The notes: generated by a model from the sequence alone, not told the origin. Positions 1 through 9,381 are shown, counted from the first letter of the stretch. The stretch is 37,934 bases of DNA from Chthoniobacterales bacterium (GCA_025980625.1 JAICXG010000001.1:1-37934); one strand, 5' to 3'. A program made the numbers and translations.

Positions 1-2479
1 CCTTACACTGGCGATCGCGATCGGGGTAAACTCCGCCATCTTCGCCCTCGTTAATGGCGTCGTCCTCCGACCGGTCGTGCCAGTGCGTCCCGCGGAAGTG
101 GTGAATGTTTTCACGGCGCGGCAGGACGCGACTCACGATTATCGGCCATTTTCCTACCGCGAATTCACCGCGTTGCGGGAGAACAATCCAGTCTTCAACG
201 ACGTCGGGGCGATGGGCTTTGCCCTCGCCGGCATCGGGCGCGGCGATAACATGCGGCGCAGCTTCATTTTCCTCAGCTCGGAAAACTTCTTCTCGCTCGT
301 GGGCGCAAAGCCCGCAGTAGGCCGTTTCTACGATGCCGCTGAGTGCAAGCCGGGCGCCAATATTCCCGTCGTGGTGGCGAGCTATCCTTATTGGAAAAAG
401 CTCGGCGGCCGTGCCGATCTCATTGGCAAACCGCTGACCGTGAATGGCCAGACTTACACGCTCATCGGAGTGACACCAGAGGGTTTTTCCGGAACAAACG
501 CGATCCTCGCACCTGATCTTTGGCTGCCGCTCGGCGTCTACTCACAACTTGGGTCAGCCTTTAGCGACACCAGCGGCAAGATGGAGTTGGGCGAGCCGAA
601 GAATTACGCCCTCAATCTAATCGCCCGACTGCGTCCTGGCCTAACGAGTGACTCAGCCAAGCCGCGCCTCAGCGCGCTCGCCCAACGCCTGACCGCGATC
701 CAGCCGCCCGACTCGACCGGCACACGCGAGTTACAACTCCAGGCGCCGTCGCGCTTCAGCATCAGCACGACGCCCTCGGATGACGGCCCGGTCGGACTTA
801 TCGGCACCTTGCTTCTCGCGATGGCGGCGGCGGTTTTGCTTATCGCCTGCCTCAATCTCGCGAACATGCTTCTCGCGTGCGGGGCCAATCGCGCCAAGGA
901 GATCGCGCTTCGCCTCGCGCTCGGGGCGAGCCGCTGGCGCATCGTCCGGCAGCTCTTGTGCGAAGGATTGCTGCTCGCGCTTGCTGGCGGTGCCCTGGGT
1001 TTGTTCATAAGTCTCTGGAGCAATGATCTGCTCCTTGGTTCGTTAGGCGGGCTTTTCGGCTCGATGAATTTTTCCATCGTCGTGCAGTTACGACCGGACA
1101 TAACTGTTCTGGCTGTTACTTTCCTGATCTGTTTGGTCGCGACTTTGCTCTTCAGCCTCGGGCCCGCCCTGAAGGCTGCCCGCGTTGATCTCGTCAATGA
1201 CCTAAAGCAGCAGGTCGGCGAGCCGGCGCATGTCGGACGACTGAATCGCTTCTTTGCTCCGCGCCACCTGCTGGTGATGGCGCAGGTCGCCCTCTCGCTC
1301 ACACTGCTTTTCAGCGGCGGATTGTTTTTCCGCGGAGCGCTCAAAGCGGGAGGGCTGAATCCGGGCTTTGATCGCAAAGGCGCGATTTCGGCGGAGATGG
1401 ATTTCACTCTTCGCCATGAGGACGAGGCTATGGCGCAACGCACCATGTTCGAGGCGGTGCATCGCGTCCGTGCGCTGCCAGGCGTTCGAGGGGTTGCCCT
1501 AACGACGATGCTTCCCTATGGCAACATCACTAACGTGCGACGGATCATGCGGGCCGACGAAGCCGCGGTCGCGAAAACCGATCCAAAAGCGCCTGAGCCC
1601 GGCGCCAGCGGGCTATTCACTGCGATCACGCCCGGCTGGTTCGACGCTATCGGCGTGCATCTCCTCCGCGGCCGCGATTTCACCGATAACGAATGCGAAA
1701 ACAAGGGCACGCCGCGAGTCCTGATCATCGACGAAACGATGGCGAAGAAACTTTTCCCGAATCGTGACGCGCTCGGTCAGCATGTTCGTTACACCCTGCC
1801 GCCGAGCGACGGTTCGCCTAACGATTTCACCATTATTGGCATTGTTAGGGCGCATCGCCACGAGGTGCTCGCCGGTGAGATGCCGAAGCGGATTTTTGCG
1901 CCGCTTGCGCAGGCTTATAGCGGCGGAGTGATTCTCCAGGTGCGACTGGCGCGGGATGAGCGCGCGGCGGTCGCAGCGATGATCCCGACGCTTCGTCAGA
2001 CCTTGCGCGAGGTGGAACCGACCATGCCGATTCTCCAGATCGAGCCGTTCGAAAATATCGTCGAGAAAAATGTCGGCCTCTGGGCGATTCGGTTCGCCGC
2101 GATTCTCTTTGGTATTTTCGGCGGCATCGCACTCCTTCTCGCAGTCGTCGGCGTTTACGGCGTCAAAGCTTACTCTGTGGCGCGACGCACGCGCGAGATC
2201 GGCATCCGGATGGCACTCGGCGCGGACCGCAGCGACGTCTTTGCCCTCATCATGAAACAGGGGGCATTGCAAACGGCCTTTGCGCTTGGGCTCGGTTTGC
2301 TCCTCGCGCTCGGGCTCGGCCGTGTTCTCGCCAAGATGCTTTACCAAGTGAGCCCGAGTGACCCGGTCGCGCTGATCGCGGCAAGTCTTATGCTCGGCGC
2401 GGCGTCCTTGCTGGCTTGTTTTCTCCCGGCGCGTCGTGCGATGCGAGTTACGCCAATGACAGCATTGCGCACGGAATAA
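1..2479 (+). CDS. ABC-type efflux permease, MacB/FtsX family (duplicated ADOP-like architecture), 5'-partial
   Basis: The frame of ORF 77..2479 stays open back to base 2 (LTLAIAIGVNSAIFALVNGVVLRP looks like the first TM helix of MacB/FtsX permeases). There are two FtsX-type modules, each with the cytoplasmic motif (RAKEIALRLALGASR and RTREIGIRMALGADR) and a large extracytoplasmic domain after its first TM helix. Confidence 0.8.
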   Translation, partial: LTLAIAIGVNSAIFALVNGVVLRPVVPVRPAEVVNVFTARQDATHDYRPFSYREFTALRENNPVFNDVGAMGFALAGIGRGDNMRRSFIFLSSENFFSLVGAKPAVGRFYDAAECKPGANIPVVVASYPYWKKLGGRADLIGKPLTVNGQTYTLIGVTPEGFSGTNAILAPDLWLPLGVYSQLGSAFSDTSGKMELGEPKNYALNLIARLRPGLTSDSAKPRLSALAQRLTAIQPPDSTGTRELQLQAPSRFSISTTPSDDGPVGLIGTLLLAMAAAVLLIACLNLANMLLACGANRAKEIALRLALGASRWRIVRQLLCEGLLLALAGGALGLFISLWSNDLLLGSLGGLFGSMNFSIVVQLRPDITVLAVTFLICLVATLLFSLGPALKAARVDLVNDLKQQVGEPAHVGRLNRFFAPRHLLVMAQVALSLTLLFSGGLFFRGALKAGGLNPGFDRKGAISAEMDFTLRHEDEAMAQRTMFEAVHRVRALPGVRGVALTTMLPYGNITNVRRIMRADEAAVAKTDPKAPEPGASGLFTAITPGWFDAIGVHLLRGRDFTDNECENKGTPRVLIIDETMAKKLFPNRDALGQHVRYTLPPSDGSPNDFTIIGIVRAHRHEVLAGEMPKRIFAPLAQAYSGGVILQVRLARDERAAVAAMIPTLRQTLREVEPTMPILQIEPFENIVEKNVGLWAIRFAAILFGIFGGIALLLAVVGVYGVKAYSVARRTREIGIRMALGADRSDVFALIMKQGALQTAFALGLGLLLALGLGRVLAKMLYQVSPSDPVALIAASLMLGAASLLACFLPARRAMRVTPMTALRTE

Positions 2480-2689
2480 ACAAACCGCTCATCCTGGAGC
2501 TGGGACCAGAGATCGCCACGGGGGCCAACCTTTACACCAACGGGACGATCGTTACTCAAGGTGTCCTGACGTGAGTCAGGAGCGGGATCATTTCAGAGGC
2601 ATTGACAGCGATCCCACCCTCAGCGCGGTGCCTTAGTTGCGGTTATCAGGCAGCGAGTTGGCAAGTTTGCGCTGTCTTCAGCCAAACCC

Positions 2690-3295
2690 CTACAGCTTCG
2701 TCCGCCCTGACAGGGCGCGGTAAAGGGTGAGCTCGTCGGCCGACTCCAAGCCGCCCCCGGCGGGCAGACCGTGCGCGATGCGGGTGAGAGTGACCGGGTA
2801 TTTCTTCAGCAGTTCGACCAGATAACTGGTCGTCGCCTCTCCTTCGACGTCGGCGGCGAGCGCGAAAATGATCTCGTTAGGCTTTTCTTTTTCCACCCGC
2901 TCGACGAGCGCTGCGATCCTGAGGTCTTCCGGCGCCACGCGGTCGAGGGGCGAAATGCGCCCGCCTAAAGAATGATAGAGTCCACGGAACGCGCTTGTTT
3001 TTTCTAAAGGAAGGATATCTGTCGGTTGCTCGACGATGCAGAGCTGATCGGCGGCACGCGATTCATCGGCACAAATTTCGCAAAGCTCGGCCGTCGCGAA
3101 AAAGCCGCACCGGCGACAAGGTCGCACTGCGGCGCGCGTCTCGGTGATCGCGCGGGCAATGTTGGCGGGATGATCGCTGCGCGCCTGCACCATCCAAAGC
3201 GCGATCCGCTCGGCAGATCGCGGACCCACGCCCGGCATCTGGCGCAATTGCACGATCAGGTCGCGAAGCGCGGCGGGATATTCGGTGCGCTTCAC
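2690..3295 (-). CDS. recR: Recombination protein RecR
   Basis: RecR hallmarks: helix-hairpin-helix MPGVGPRSAERIALW, C4 zinc finger CRRCGFFATAELCEIC, Toprim segment LCIVEQPTDI. I place the start at GTG 3295, which gives 201 aa (normal RecR length) and a GTGA overlap with the stop of the upstream cyclase gene. The longer ORF to 3484 would overlap that gene heavily. Confidence 0.88.
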   Translation of the reverse strand: MKRTEYPAALRDLIVQLRQMPGVGPRSAERIALWMVQARSDHPANIARAITETRAAVRPCRRCGFFATAELCEICADESRAADQLCIVEQPTDILPLEKTSAFRGLYHSLGGRISPLDRVAPEDLRIAALVERVEKEKPNEIIFALAADVEGEATTSYLVELLKKYPVTLTRIAHGLPAGGGLESADELTLYRALSGRTKL

Positions 3296-4560
3296 CGGAG
3301 TGAAGAGAGCGGTTCGGCGACCGTCTCGGGCTCGCTCGCCATATGCAGGCAAAGCGGCTCGAGCCGGCGCAAATACCATTCCAGAGCCCGGTCCGAGTTG
3401 CCGTTGCGGTCGCCGCGCGCGCGGTTGAATTCGGCAAGAGCTTCGTTCCAGCGCCGCTCGCGGAAATAAACCACGCCGGTCCAAAACTGATCGCGTCGCG
3501 CAATCTCCTCTGCCGTCGCCCGGTCGGACAAGACGAGCAGTTCGTAAATCTCGAAACGCTCGTGCGCTTCGGTATTCCGCAGGAAATCAATTGGTCGCGC
3601 CAGTATTTCCTTACCGGCGAGATTGAAGGTGCGCGGACCAAGGAGAATCTGAGAGCCGTAGACCTGGTTGGCGCGCGCGAGCCGCCGGGCAATCTCAAGC
3701 GGTTCGCCCGCCACGACGACCTCGCCACCTCGTCGATCGTCGCGCACGGTCGCGACGACCGCGCCGGAACTGATCCCGATGCGGAGATCGATTTTGCCTA
3801 ACGAGTCCGGTGCGGCGCTGGCGGCGGCACGAAATTGATCGCAAAAGCCAAACGTCGCCCGCGCCGCTTCGATCGCATGCCGTTCGCTCTTATCCGGGAA
3901 ACCGAAGAGCACGCGAATGCCTTCGCCATCCGCGGCATGAAGATAACCGCCTGTCTGCAGAAAATGCCGAGTTGCAAAATCGATGAAGGCACGGGTGAGC
4001 GCGGCACATTCCGCCGGGGCGAGTTCCTCGATCAGGTCGGCTTCGTTGGCGATTTCGCAGAAGACGAAACTGGATTCTCGCACCAAAGGCTGGGAGAGAT
4101 TAAGCGCTTCGCCTTTCGCCAGACGAGCCTGTCCTGCCGGGCCGAGGCGGGCGCCGAAGAGGCGCAGGGTGGCACGGCGCTGCCGGGCCAATTTCGTCCA
4201 GCCGGTGGCGACTGCCAAAGCAGTGGCGATGACCGCAGCGATCATCGCGGGGAGCGGCATGAAATGAACTTGCGCGTGATCGAGCAACCACCCAGCCCCA
4301 ATCAACTCGGCGAGGAGGAGAAGCACGATGCCGAGGCGGCGCCATAAGGTCGTCTCCAACAGCATCGTTGCGGCAACAGCAAACCCGAGGAGGAGGACGA
4401 AAAGGAGATTGCCGAAGCCGGAGATCTCGTTAGTCGTTAGGCCAAGTGTCTGCGCCAGCCAGCGATTCGGGCGCGCGAGAACTCCGGTGAGCTGGAGCGC
4501 GATCGAGATTCCGGCCGCGATCGCTCCGATCCAGAGTGTCCCGAGGAGCGTGCGCTTCAT
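3292..4560 (-). CDS. Membrane-anchored class III adenylate/guanylate cyclase
   Basis: The N-terminal ~130 aa contains several hydrophobic helices. A nucleotidyl cyclase core follows (FVFCEIANEADL, RVLFGFPDK, IGISSGAVVATV, GEVVVAGEPLEIARRL, QILLGPRTF), then a helical C-terminal tail. The start overlaps the upstream stop (ATGA at 4557-4560). Confidence 0.75.
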   Translation of the reverse strand: MKRTLLGTLWIGAIAAGISIALQLTGVLARPNRWLAQTLGLTTNEISGFGNLLFVLLLGFAVAATMLLETTLWRRLGIVLLLLAELIGAGWLLDHAQVHFMPLPAMIAAVIATALAVATGWTKLARQRRATLRLFGARLGPAGQARLAKGEALNLSQPLVRESSFVFCEIANEADLIEELAPAECAALTRAFIDFATRHFLQTGGYLHAADGEGIRVLFGFPDKSERHAIEAARATFGFCDQFRAAASAAPDSLGKIDLRIGISSGAVVATVRDDRRGGEVVVAGEPLEIARRLARANQVYGSQILLGPRTFNLAGKEILARPIDFLRNTEAHERFEIYELLVLSDRATAEEIARRDQFWTGVVYFRERRWNEALAEFNRARGDRNGNSDRALEWYLRRLEPLCLHMASEPETVAEPLSSLR

Positions 4561-6143
4561 TCGCCCGGGCGTTCACCGCCCGGCCCATAGGATTGCAGCA
4601 CCAGTTGGCTGAGAAATTTATCCGGCGCGTCCACCGCCCCCTGGTCGAGAATGAACTTGTTCCTGCCGGTGTTCTTTTTGATCAGGCTAAGGCCGAACTG
4701 AAAGTCCTTGAAGAGATGAGCGCAGAGGTCGTTCATCTTCATCCGCTCGGCTTCGGTGCGTTCGACCAGCCGGTCGAGCGCGGCCTCGTCGAACTGAAGT
4801 TCGAGCGAATGCTCGCGCGAGAAACGCCCGGCGAACAGGATTGCCTGTTGCCGCAATGTTTGCTTTTCCTGCTGCTGACCCTCGGCCATGAGGCGATCGA
4901 GCACGCGTTGCGGTTCGCGCACCAGTTCCTCGGTCACGCGCAATTGCGAAAGACCGGAACCGGCAAGGTAGTATTTGTAATCGCGAAAGAGTCTCTCAAA
5001 AACGGTAAGCAGACCACGCGCGCCGGTCTTTTCCTGGGCGGCGGCGTTCGCGATCAGGAGCAAGGCCGCGTCCTCGAAGCTGATCTCGATGCCGTAGGCG
5101 CGGAAAGCGCGTTCGTATTGCCGAAGGATGCTGCCCTCGGAAAACTTCATGATTTTGTAGAGATCGTCGGCGCTCAGTTCTTCGCAGACGACGCGCACCG
5201 GGAGCCGCCCGATAAACTCCGGTTCGAATCCGTACTCGACGAAATCGCCGGTCGTGACGTGTTTGAAAATTTCGTTGTCGAGCACCTGCACCGGTTCAGC
5301 TTTGAAACCGATCTGGCCCTGCGCAAGCCGCTTTGAAACCTGCGATTTTAAGCGCTCGAACGCGCCGCTCACAACAAAGAGAATGTGGCGGGTGCTGATC
5401 GTCTCGCGTTTGATCTTGCCGCGCCGCTGAAATTCAAATGCCGCCTGGAGCTGACCCTGGAGATCGTTCGCGCTGCGCAGAGGGACCTCGGTTTCTTCCA
5501 TCAACTTGAGGAGCGTCGTCTGCACACCGCGGCCGCTCACATCGCGGCCCACCATGTTGCTGGCGGAAGCGAGCTTGTCGATCTCGTCGATGTAAATGAT
5601 GCCAAATTGCGCGAGGCCAACATCGCCATCGGCCTTATGCACCAGCTCTCTGACGAGATCCTCGACGTCGCCGCCGACATAACCGGTCTCGCTGAACTTG
5701 GTCGCGTCCGCCTTCACGAAGGGAACTTTAATCAAATCGGCAATGTGCTTGATGAGGTAGGTTTTTCCGACACCGGTCGGGCCGACGAGGATAACGTTTT
5801 GTTTCGCGTACTCGGTTTCTTCGGCGCGCTTCGGGTCGTCGACTTCGAGCCGGCGAATGTAATTGACGTGGTTATAGTGATCGCAGACGGCAATGGAGAG
5901 GACCTTCTTCGCTTCCTCCTGTTTGATCACGAACCGATCGAGGTGCGCCTTGATGTCGCGCGGGAGAAAGTCGAAGACAAAACGCTCGCCGGTTTGCCTC
6001 GCTGGCTTTTCCTCCTCCGTCTCGGCGCGCTCGGGCTGGGCGAAAGTGGCGAAGGAAACCTTGTCACCGAAGTTGGATTTCATGAATTCGGAGAGCTTGG
6101 CCTGCAGTTCTTCAGGTGATGGAAATGGCGGGTTTTGATTCAA
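4557..6143 (-). CDS. ClpX-family AAA+ unfoldase paralog without N-terminal zinc-binding domain
   Basis: ClpX-like blocks: DIKAHLDRFVIKQEEAKKVLSIAV, Walker A GPTGVGKT, pore loop TGYVGGDVE, Walker B IIYIDEIDKL, RDVSGRGVQTTLLKLME, and an IGF tripeptide (GQIGFKAEP). There are no Cys residues in the first ~60 aa, so no C4 zinc finger. A ~130 aa C-terminal extension is present. Confidence 0.8.
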   Translation of the reverse strand: MNQNPPFPSPEELQAKLSEFMKSNFGDKVSFATFAQPERAETEEEKPARQTGERFVFDFLPRDIKAHLDRFVIKQEEAKKVLSIAVCDHYNHVNYIRRLEVDDPKRAEETEYAKQNVILVGPTGVGKTYLIKHIADLIKVPFVKADATKFSETGYVGGDVEDLVRELVHKADGDVGLAQFGIIYIDEIDKLASASNMVGRDVSGRGVQTTLLKLMEETEVPLRSANDLQGQLQAAFEFQRRGKIKRETISTRHILFVVSGAFERLKSQVSKRLAQGQIGFKAEPVQVLDNEIFKHVTTGDFVEYGFEPEFIGRLPVRVVCEELSADDLYKIMKFSEGSILRQYERAFRAYGIEISFEDAALLLIANAAAQEKTGARGLLTVFERLFRDYKYYLAGSGLSQLRVTEELVREPQRVLDRLMAEGQQQEKQTLRQQAILFAGRFSREHSLELQFDEAALDRLVERTEAERMKMNDLCAHLFKDFQFGLSLIKKNTGRNKFILDQGAVDAPDKFLSQLVLQSYGPGGERPGE

Positions 6144-6224
6144 CCGGTCAACTTAACATTAGGGTCAGGTATGTAAACCGGCGGAGCTCCCGCCTCGGAG
6201 CCCGACGCGTGACACCGGGAGAGT

Positions 6225-6232
6225 TCGTTAGG
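6225..6232 (-). repeat. Intergenic copy of the abundant 8-mer (TCGTTAGG on + strand)
   Basis: Exact match in the divergent promoter region between the clpX-like gene and yajC. Confidence 0.9.
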
Positions 6233-6354
6233 GAGGATGGCAACCCGGTTGCACTCCTTGCATTTCGAGCGCAACTGTGCTCTCTGGATTGCCGCTCCGG
6301 CAGAGCGATTGCGTCCCACGCGCATCGGCCGCTGCGCGCCACCTACCGCACATC

Positions 6355-6681
6355 ATGCTCGCAATTTTTCTCGCTCAAGCACATCCCGCTGCTCCAGCGG
6401 CCGGCCCGAACCCCCTCGCCTCATTCGTCCCGATCATTCTCATTTTTGTCATCATGTATTTTGTTCTCTTGCGACCGCAGATGCGGCGGCAAAAAGAGCA
6501 GCAACGCCTCATCGCCGGACTCAAAACTGGTGACCGCGTCGTGACCGCATCTGGGATTCATGGAATGATTACAAACGTTAAAGAGACAACGGTGACGGTG
6601 AAGGTGGCCGACAACGTGAAGTTGGAAATGGAGAAGTCTGCCATCAGCGCGGTGGCGAAGCCGGAAGCGGTGAAAGGTTAA
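6355..6681 (+). CDS. yajC: Preprotein translocase subunit YajC
   Basis: Single TM segment followed by the YajC signature (PIILIFVIMYFVLLRPQMRRQKEQQRLIAGLKTGDRVVTASGIHGMI). It lies directly upstream of secDF. Start chosen at ATG 6355, giving 108 aa. Confidence 0.85.
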   Translation: MLAIFLAQAHPAAPAAGPNPLASFVPIILIFVIMYFVLLRPQMRRQKEQQRLIAGLKTGDRVVTASGIHGMITNVKETTVTVKVADNVKLEMEKSAISAVAKPEAVKG

Positions 6682-6682
6682 A

Positions 6683-9031
6683 ATGAATTCTCTAATTGAG
6701 TTCTTCCTCGGGCTTGGCCTGCTGGTTCTTTTCGGATGGTATTTTGCGACCGACCACGGTCTGCGGAAACGCTTGCTCGCGATTGCGCTTGTCACCGTGC
6801 TGGTGGTTTTCAGCGTCTGGAGTTTCTGGCCGCCGAGCAAGAAGATCCGCCTCGGCCTCGATATTAAAGGAGGCACTTCGTTTCTTATCCGACTGAAGAC
6901 TCAGGAGGAGAATCTCAACAAAGGAATGCTCGACCAGGCAGTCGAGGTGATTCGCAAACGCGTTGATTATTTCGGCAGCGGCGAACCCGTGATCACTCCG
7001 GTGGGAAAGGATCGGATTCTCGTGCAGATCCCCGGCCTCGACACGGCGCAGATTCAAGAAGCGCGTAACCAGCTCTCGCGCGTCGCGAAACTGGAGTTCC
7101 GGCTGGTTTATCCCGACGATGGCGAGCGGCTGCGAGCGATTGAGGCGGGCAGAGAAATCATTCCCCCGGAATACGAGATCAAGACCTACACGATTCAACC
7201 ATCGACCGCCGGCGGCAAACCGGTAGAGGAACGTCTGCTCGTAAAAAAGAAACCGGATCTCACCGGCAACCGTGTGAAGCAATCGGCTGCCTATTACGGG
7301 AACGAAGGCTGGACGGTGCAGCTCGGTTTCGATTCGGAAGGTGCGAAAAGATTTGGCCAAATAACGGAGGCAAACGTCGGGCACCGCTTTGCGATCGTGC
7401 TCGACAATGTGATTCAGTCCGCGCCCGTGATCCGGAGCGCGATTTATGGCGGCGACGCCATCATCACCGGTCGCTTCACCGAAGAAGAAGCGCGCGGCCT
7501 GGCGAGCGTGCTGGAGAATCCGTTACAGGTGCCGGTGAGCATCGAGGAGGAGCGCAGCGTTTCGCCGACGCTTGGGTTGGACTCGATCCGGGCGAGTATC
7601 CGCGCCGGATTGATCGGGCTGGCGATCACGCTCGTGGGCGTGACCGTTTACTACAAGCTCACCGGGGTGATCGTGGACCTCGCGCTCATCATCAATCTGA
7701 TTCTGCTCCTGGGTGAATTCCAGTTGATTCCCGGTGGCGTCGTGCTCACCCTACCCGGTATCGCCGGCATCATCCTCACGATCGGCATGGCGGTAGATGC
7801 AAGTGTTCTGATTTACGAGCGGCTGCGGGAGGAAATTGCAAGCGGCAAGTCACTGCGCGCCGCGGTTCCGGCGGCCTACGATAAAGCCTTTAGTTCGATT
7901 TTTGACGCCAACGTGACCACGCTCATCACGGCGGCGATCTTGTTCTTCTACGCGACCGGACCAGTGAAGGGATTCGCGATCGTTCTCACCCTTGGAATCA
8001 TTGCCTCGCTCTTCACCGCGCTCATTGTCGGTCGCAACGCACTCGGTTGGCTCGTGGACAGCGGCATCGTCAAACGCATTTCCATGCTTCACCTGATCTC
8101 GGCCAAGAACATTAATTTTTTGGGGAAAGGCGCGATCGCCTGTCTCTGTTCTCTCGCGCTGATCATCGCCGGTGCAGTGGCGTTTTACCTCCGTGGTGAA
8201 AAAAACTTCGGTGTCGACTTCCGTGGCGGCGATCTCGTCACGCTCAGCGCGCCGGAAAGAGTGGATGTGGGCAAAGTGCGCGATGCGCTCAAGCCGATCG
8301 GCCTCGAAGACGTTTCGATCCAGCAATCGCCGCAGGGAAACAAGAGTTACATTACGATTCGCGGCCCGCTGAACACGAGCGACAAAATCGAAAGCCAGGT
8401 GCTGAAGACGATGCCGAATATTGGATTAAAAGTGCAAGGCTCGGAGCGGGTCGGCGCGCTCGTGGGAGGTGAGTTGGCGCGGAGCTCTTTCATTGCCCTC
8501 GCGCTCGGTATACTTGGCATTCTCCTTTACGTCACCCTGCGGTTTGAACTTTCCTTTGCCGTCGGCGCAATCGTCGCCTTGCTCCACGACGTGATCATCA
8601 CCGTCGGCGTGTTCGCACTTCTCGGGCGCGAACTGACGCTGACGATGGTGGGCGCCGTGCTCACCATCGCCGGTTATTCGATCAACGATACGATCGTGGT
8701 TTACGATCGAATCCGCGAAGGCCTGGCGAGCGGACGCAAAGGGTCCATCGAGCAGATCATGAATGACAGTGTGAACCAGACGCTCAGCCGCACGATTCTG
8801 ACGAGCAGCACGACGTTCATCCCGATTCTTTGCCTCTTTCTCGTCGGCGGCGCGGTGCTGAAGGATTTTTCGCTCGCGATTCTGATCGGCATCGCGGTTG
8901 GCACCTACTCCTCGATTTTTATCGCGTCGCCGATTGTTCTCTGGTGGACCCGCGCCCGCGGCGGCGCCGGCACGTTGCGGCGCGAAGTGAGGCAAAAAAC
9001 CGCGGTGACGACCCCAACTTCAGCCTCCTAA
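6683..9031 (+). CDS. secDF: Protein translocase subunit SecDF (fused SecD-SecF)
   Basis: 782 aa with a large periplasmic domain and two 6-TM SecD/SecF modules (LGLDSIRASIRAGLIGL, VDASVLIYERLREE, INDTIVVYDRIREG). It starts 2 nt after the yajC stop. Confidence 0.9.
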   Translation: MNSLIEFFLGLGLLVLFGWYFATDHGLRKRLLAIALVTVLVVFSVWSFWPPSKKIRLGLDIKGGTSFLIRLKTQEENLNKGMLDQAVEVIRKRVDYFGSGEPVITPVGKDRILVQIPGLDTAQIQEARNQLSRVAKLEFRLVYPDDGERLRAIEAGREIIPPEYEIKTYTIQPSTAGGKPVEERLLVKKKPDLTGNRVKQSAAYYGNEGWTVQLGFDSEGAKRFGQITEANVGHRFAIVLDNVIQSAPVIRSAIYGGDAIITGRFTEEEARGLASVLENPLQVPVSIEEERSVSPTLGLDSIRASIRAGLIGLAITLVGVTVYYKLTGVIVDLALIINLILLLGEFQLIPGGVVLTLPGIAGIILTIGMAVDASVLIYERLREEIASGKSLRAAVPAAYDKAFSSIFDANVTTLITAAILFFYATGPVKGFAIVLTLGIIASLFTALIVGRNALGWLVDSGIVKRISMLHLISAKNINFLGKGAIACLCSLALIIAGAVAFYLRGEKNFGVDFRGGDLVTLSAPERVDVGKVRDALKPIGLEDVSIQQSPQGNKSYITIRGPLNTSDKIESQVLKTMPNIGLKVQGSERVGALVGGELARSSFIALALGILGILLYVTLRFELSFAVGAIVALLHDVIITVGVFALLGRELTLTMVGAVLTIAGYSINDTIVVYDRIREGLASGRKGSIEQIMNDSVNQTLSRTILTSSTTFIPILCLFLVGGAVLKDFSLAILIGIAVGTYSSIFIASPIVLWWTRARGGAGTLRREVRQKTAVTTPTSAS

Positions 9032-9039
9032 ACGCGCAG

Positions 9040-9068
9040 TTGACGCTCGCAAGGCTGGGTCGTAGGCT
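9040..9068 (+). promoter_or_regulatory. Candidate sigma70-type promoter for rpsU
   Basis: TTGACG (9040-9045), 17-nt spacer, TAGGCT (9063-9068). A GGAG Shine-Dalgarno lies at 9112-9115 ahead of ATG 9127. Pattern match only. Confidence 0.3.
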
Positions 9069-9126
9069 CGGTCGCCATTGGGCAGTAACTTTTTCGTAAT
9101 TTGTAGAATCAGGAGAGAGAATCGCG

Positions 9127-9324
9127 ATGCCAGAAGTGATCGTTCGTAAGGGTGAGCCGGTCGACCGGGCATTGAAACGTCTCAAGAACAAGCTGGACGC
9201 GGAAGGAATTCTGGACGAGGTGCGCCGTCTCCGCGCCTTTGAAACGCCTTCACAAAAAAGTCGGCGAAAGGCGAAAGCCAACGCCAAGCGCGGCCGGGCG
9301 AAGTTCCGTTTCAATCCCGCGTGA
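9127..9324 (+). CDS. rpsU: 30S ribosomal protein S21
   Basis: 65 aa, MPEVIVRKGEPVDRALKRLKNKLDAEGILDEVRRLRAFETPSQKSRRK, the typical S21 sequence. Confidence 0.95.
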   Translation: MPEVIVRKGEPVDRALKRLKNKLDAEGILDEVRRLRAFETPSQKSRRKAKANAKRGRAKFRFNPA

Positions 9325-9343
9325 GCGGCGGGCGCTGAAAGGT

Positions 9344-9381
9344 TGAAGAGTTGAAGCGAGGTCAGTCGCTTCAACTCTTCA
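9344..9381. terminator. Bidirectional intrinsic terminator hairpin between convergent rpsU and the FGE-domain gene
   Basis: Perfect 16-bp stem, TGAAGAGTTGAAGCGA (9344-9359) with TCGCTTCAACTCTTCA (9366-9381), and a 6-nt loop. A T-rich tract (tcgctttcggtttc) follows on the + strand. Located between stop 9324 (+) and stop 9402 (-). Confidence 0.6.

Noticed and set aside
11-18. Several copies of the palindrome GCGATCGC (HIP1-like), for example near 11, 4517, 8132, 14505, 21503, 22055 and 35383 (coordinates approximate).
   Set aside because: The enrichment is only modest (about 7 against about 1 expected by my rough estimate). It is readily explained by frequent Ala-Ile-Ala/Arg-Ser type codon strings in GC-rich genes, and I did not count it rigorously.
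604-1446. Long antisense or alternative-frame ORFs throughout the track (for example 604..1446 -, 1613..2347 -, 5385..6119 +, 10339..10938 +, 24421..25413 -, 27147..27752 -, 29451..30248 -, 35843..36541 -).
   Set aside because: They lie entirely within well-supported genes on the other strand or in another frame. They translate to Arg/Ala/Pro/Ser-rich low-complexity sequence typical of shadow ORFs in high-GC DNA, and they contain no recognisable motifs.
2564-2581. Hairpin TCCTGAC-gtga-GTCAGGA in the 210-nt convergent spacer between the permease gene and recR, as a possible terminator or small RNA.
   Set aside because: The stem is short (7 bp) with no T-run on either strand, and I could see no promoter-like context for an RNA gene. 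It is too weak to call.
5221-5231. GGTTCGAATCC, the canonical tRNA T-loop consensus.
   Set aside because: It lies in-frame inside the clpX-like gene (it encodes ...FEPEF... on the minus strand). The flanks do not form a 5-bp T-stem or an acceptor or anticodon arm. This is a chance match.
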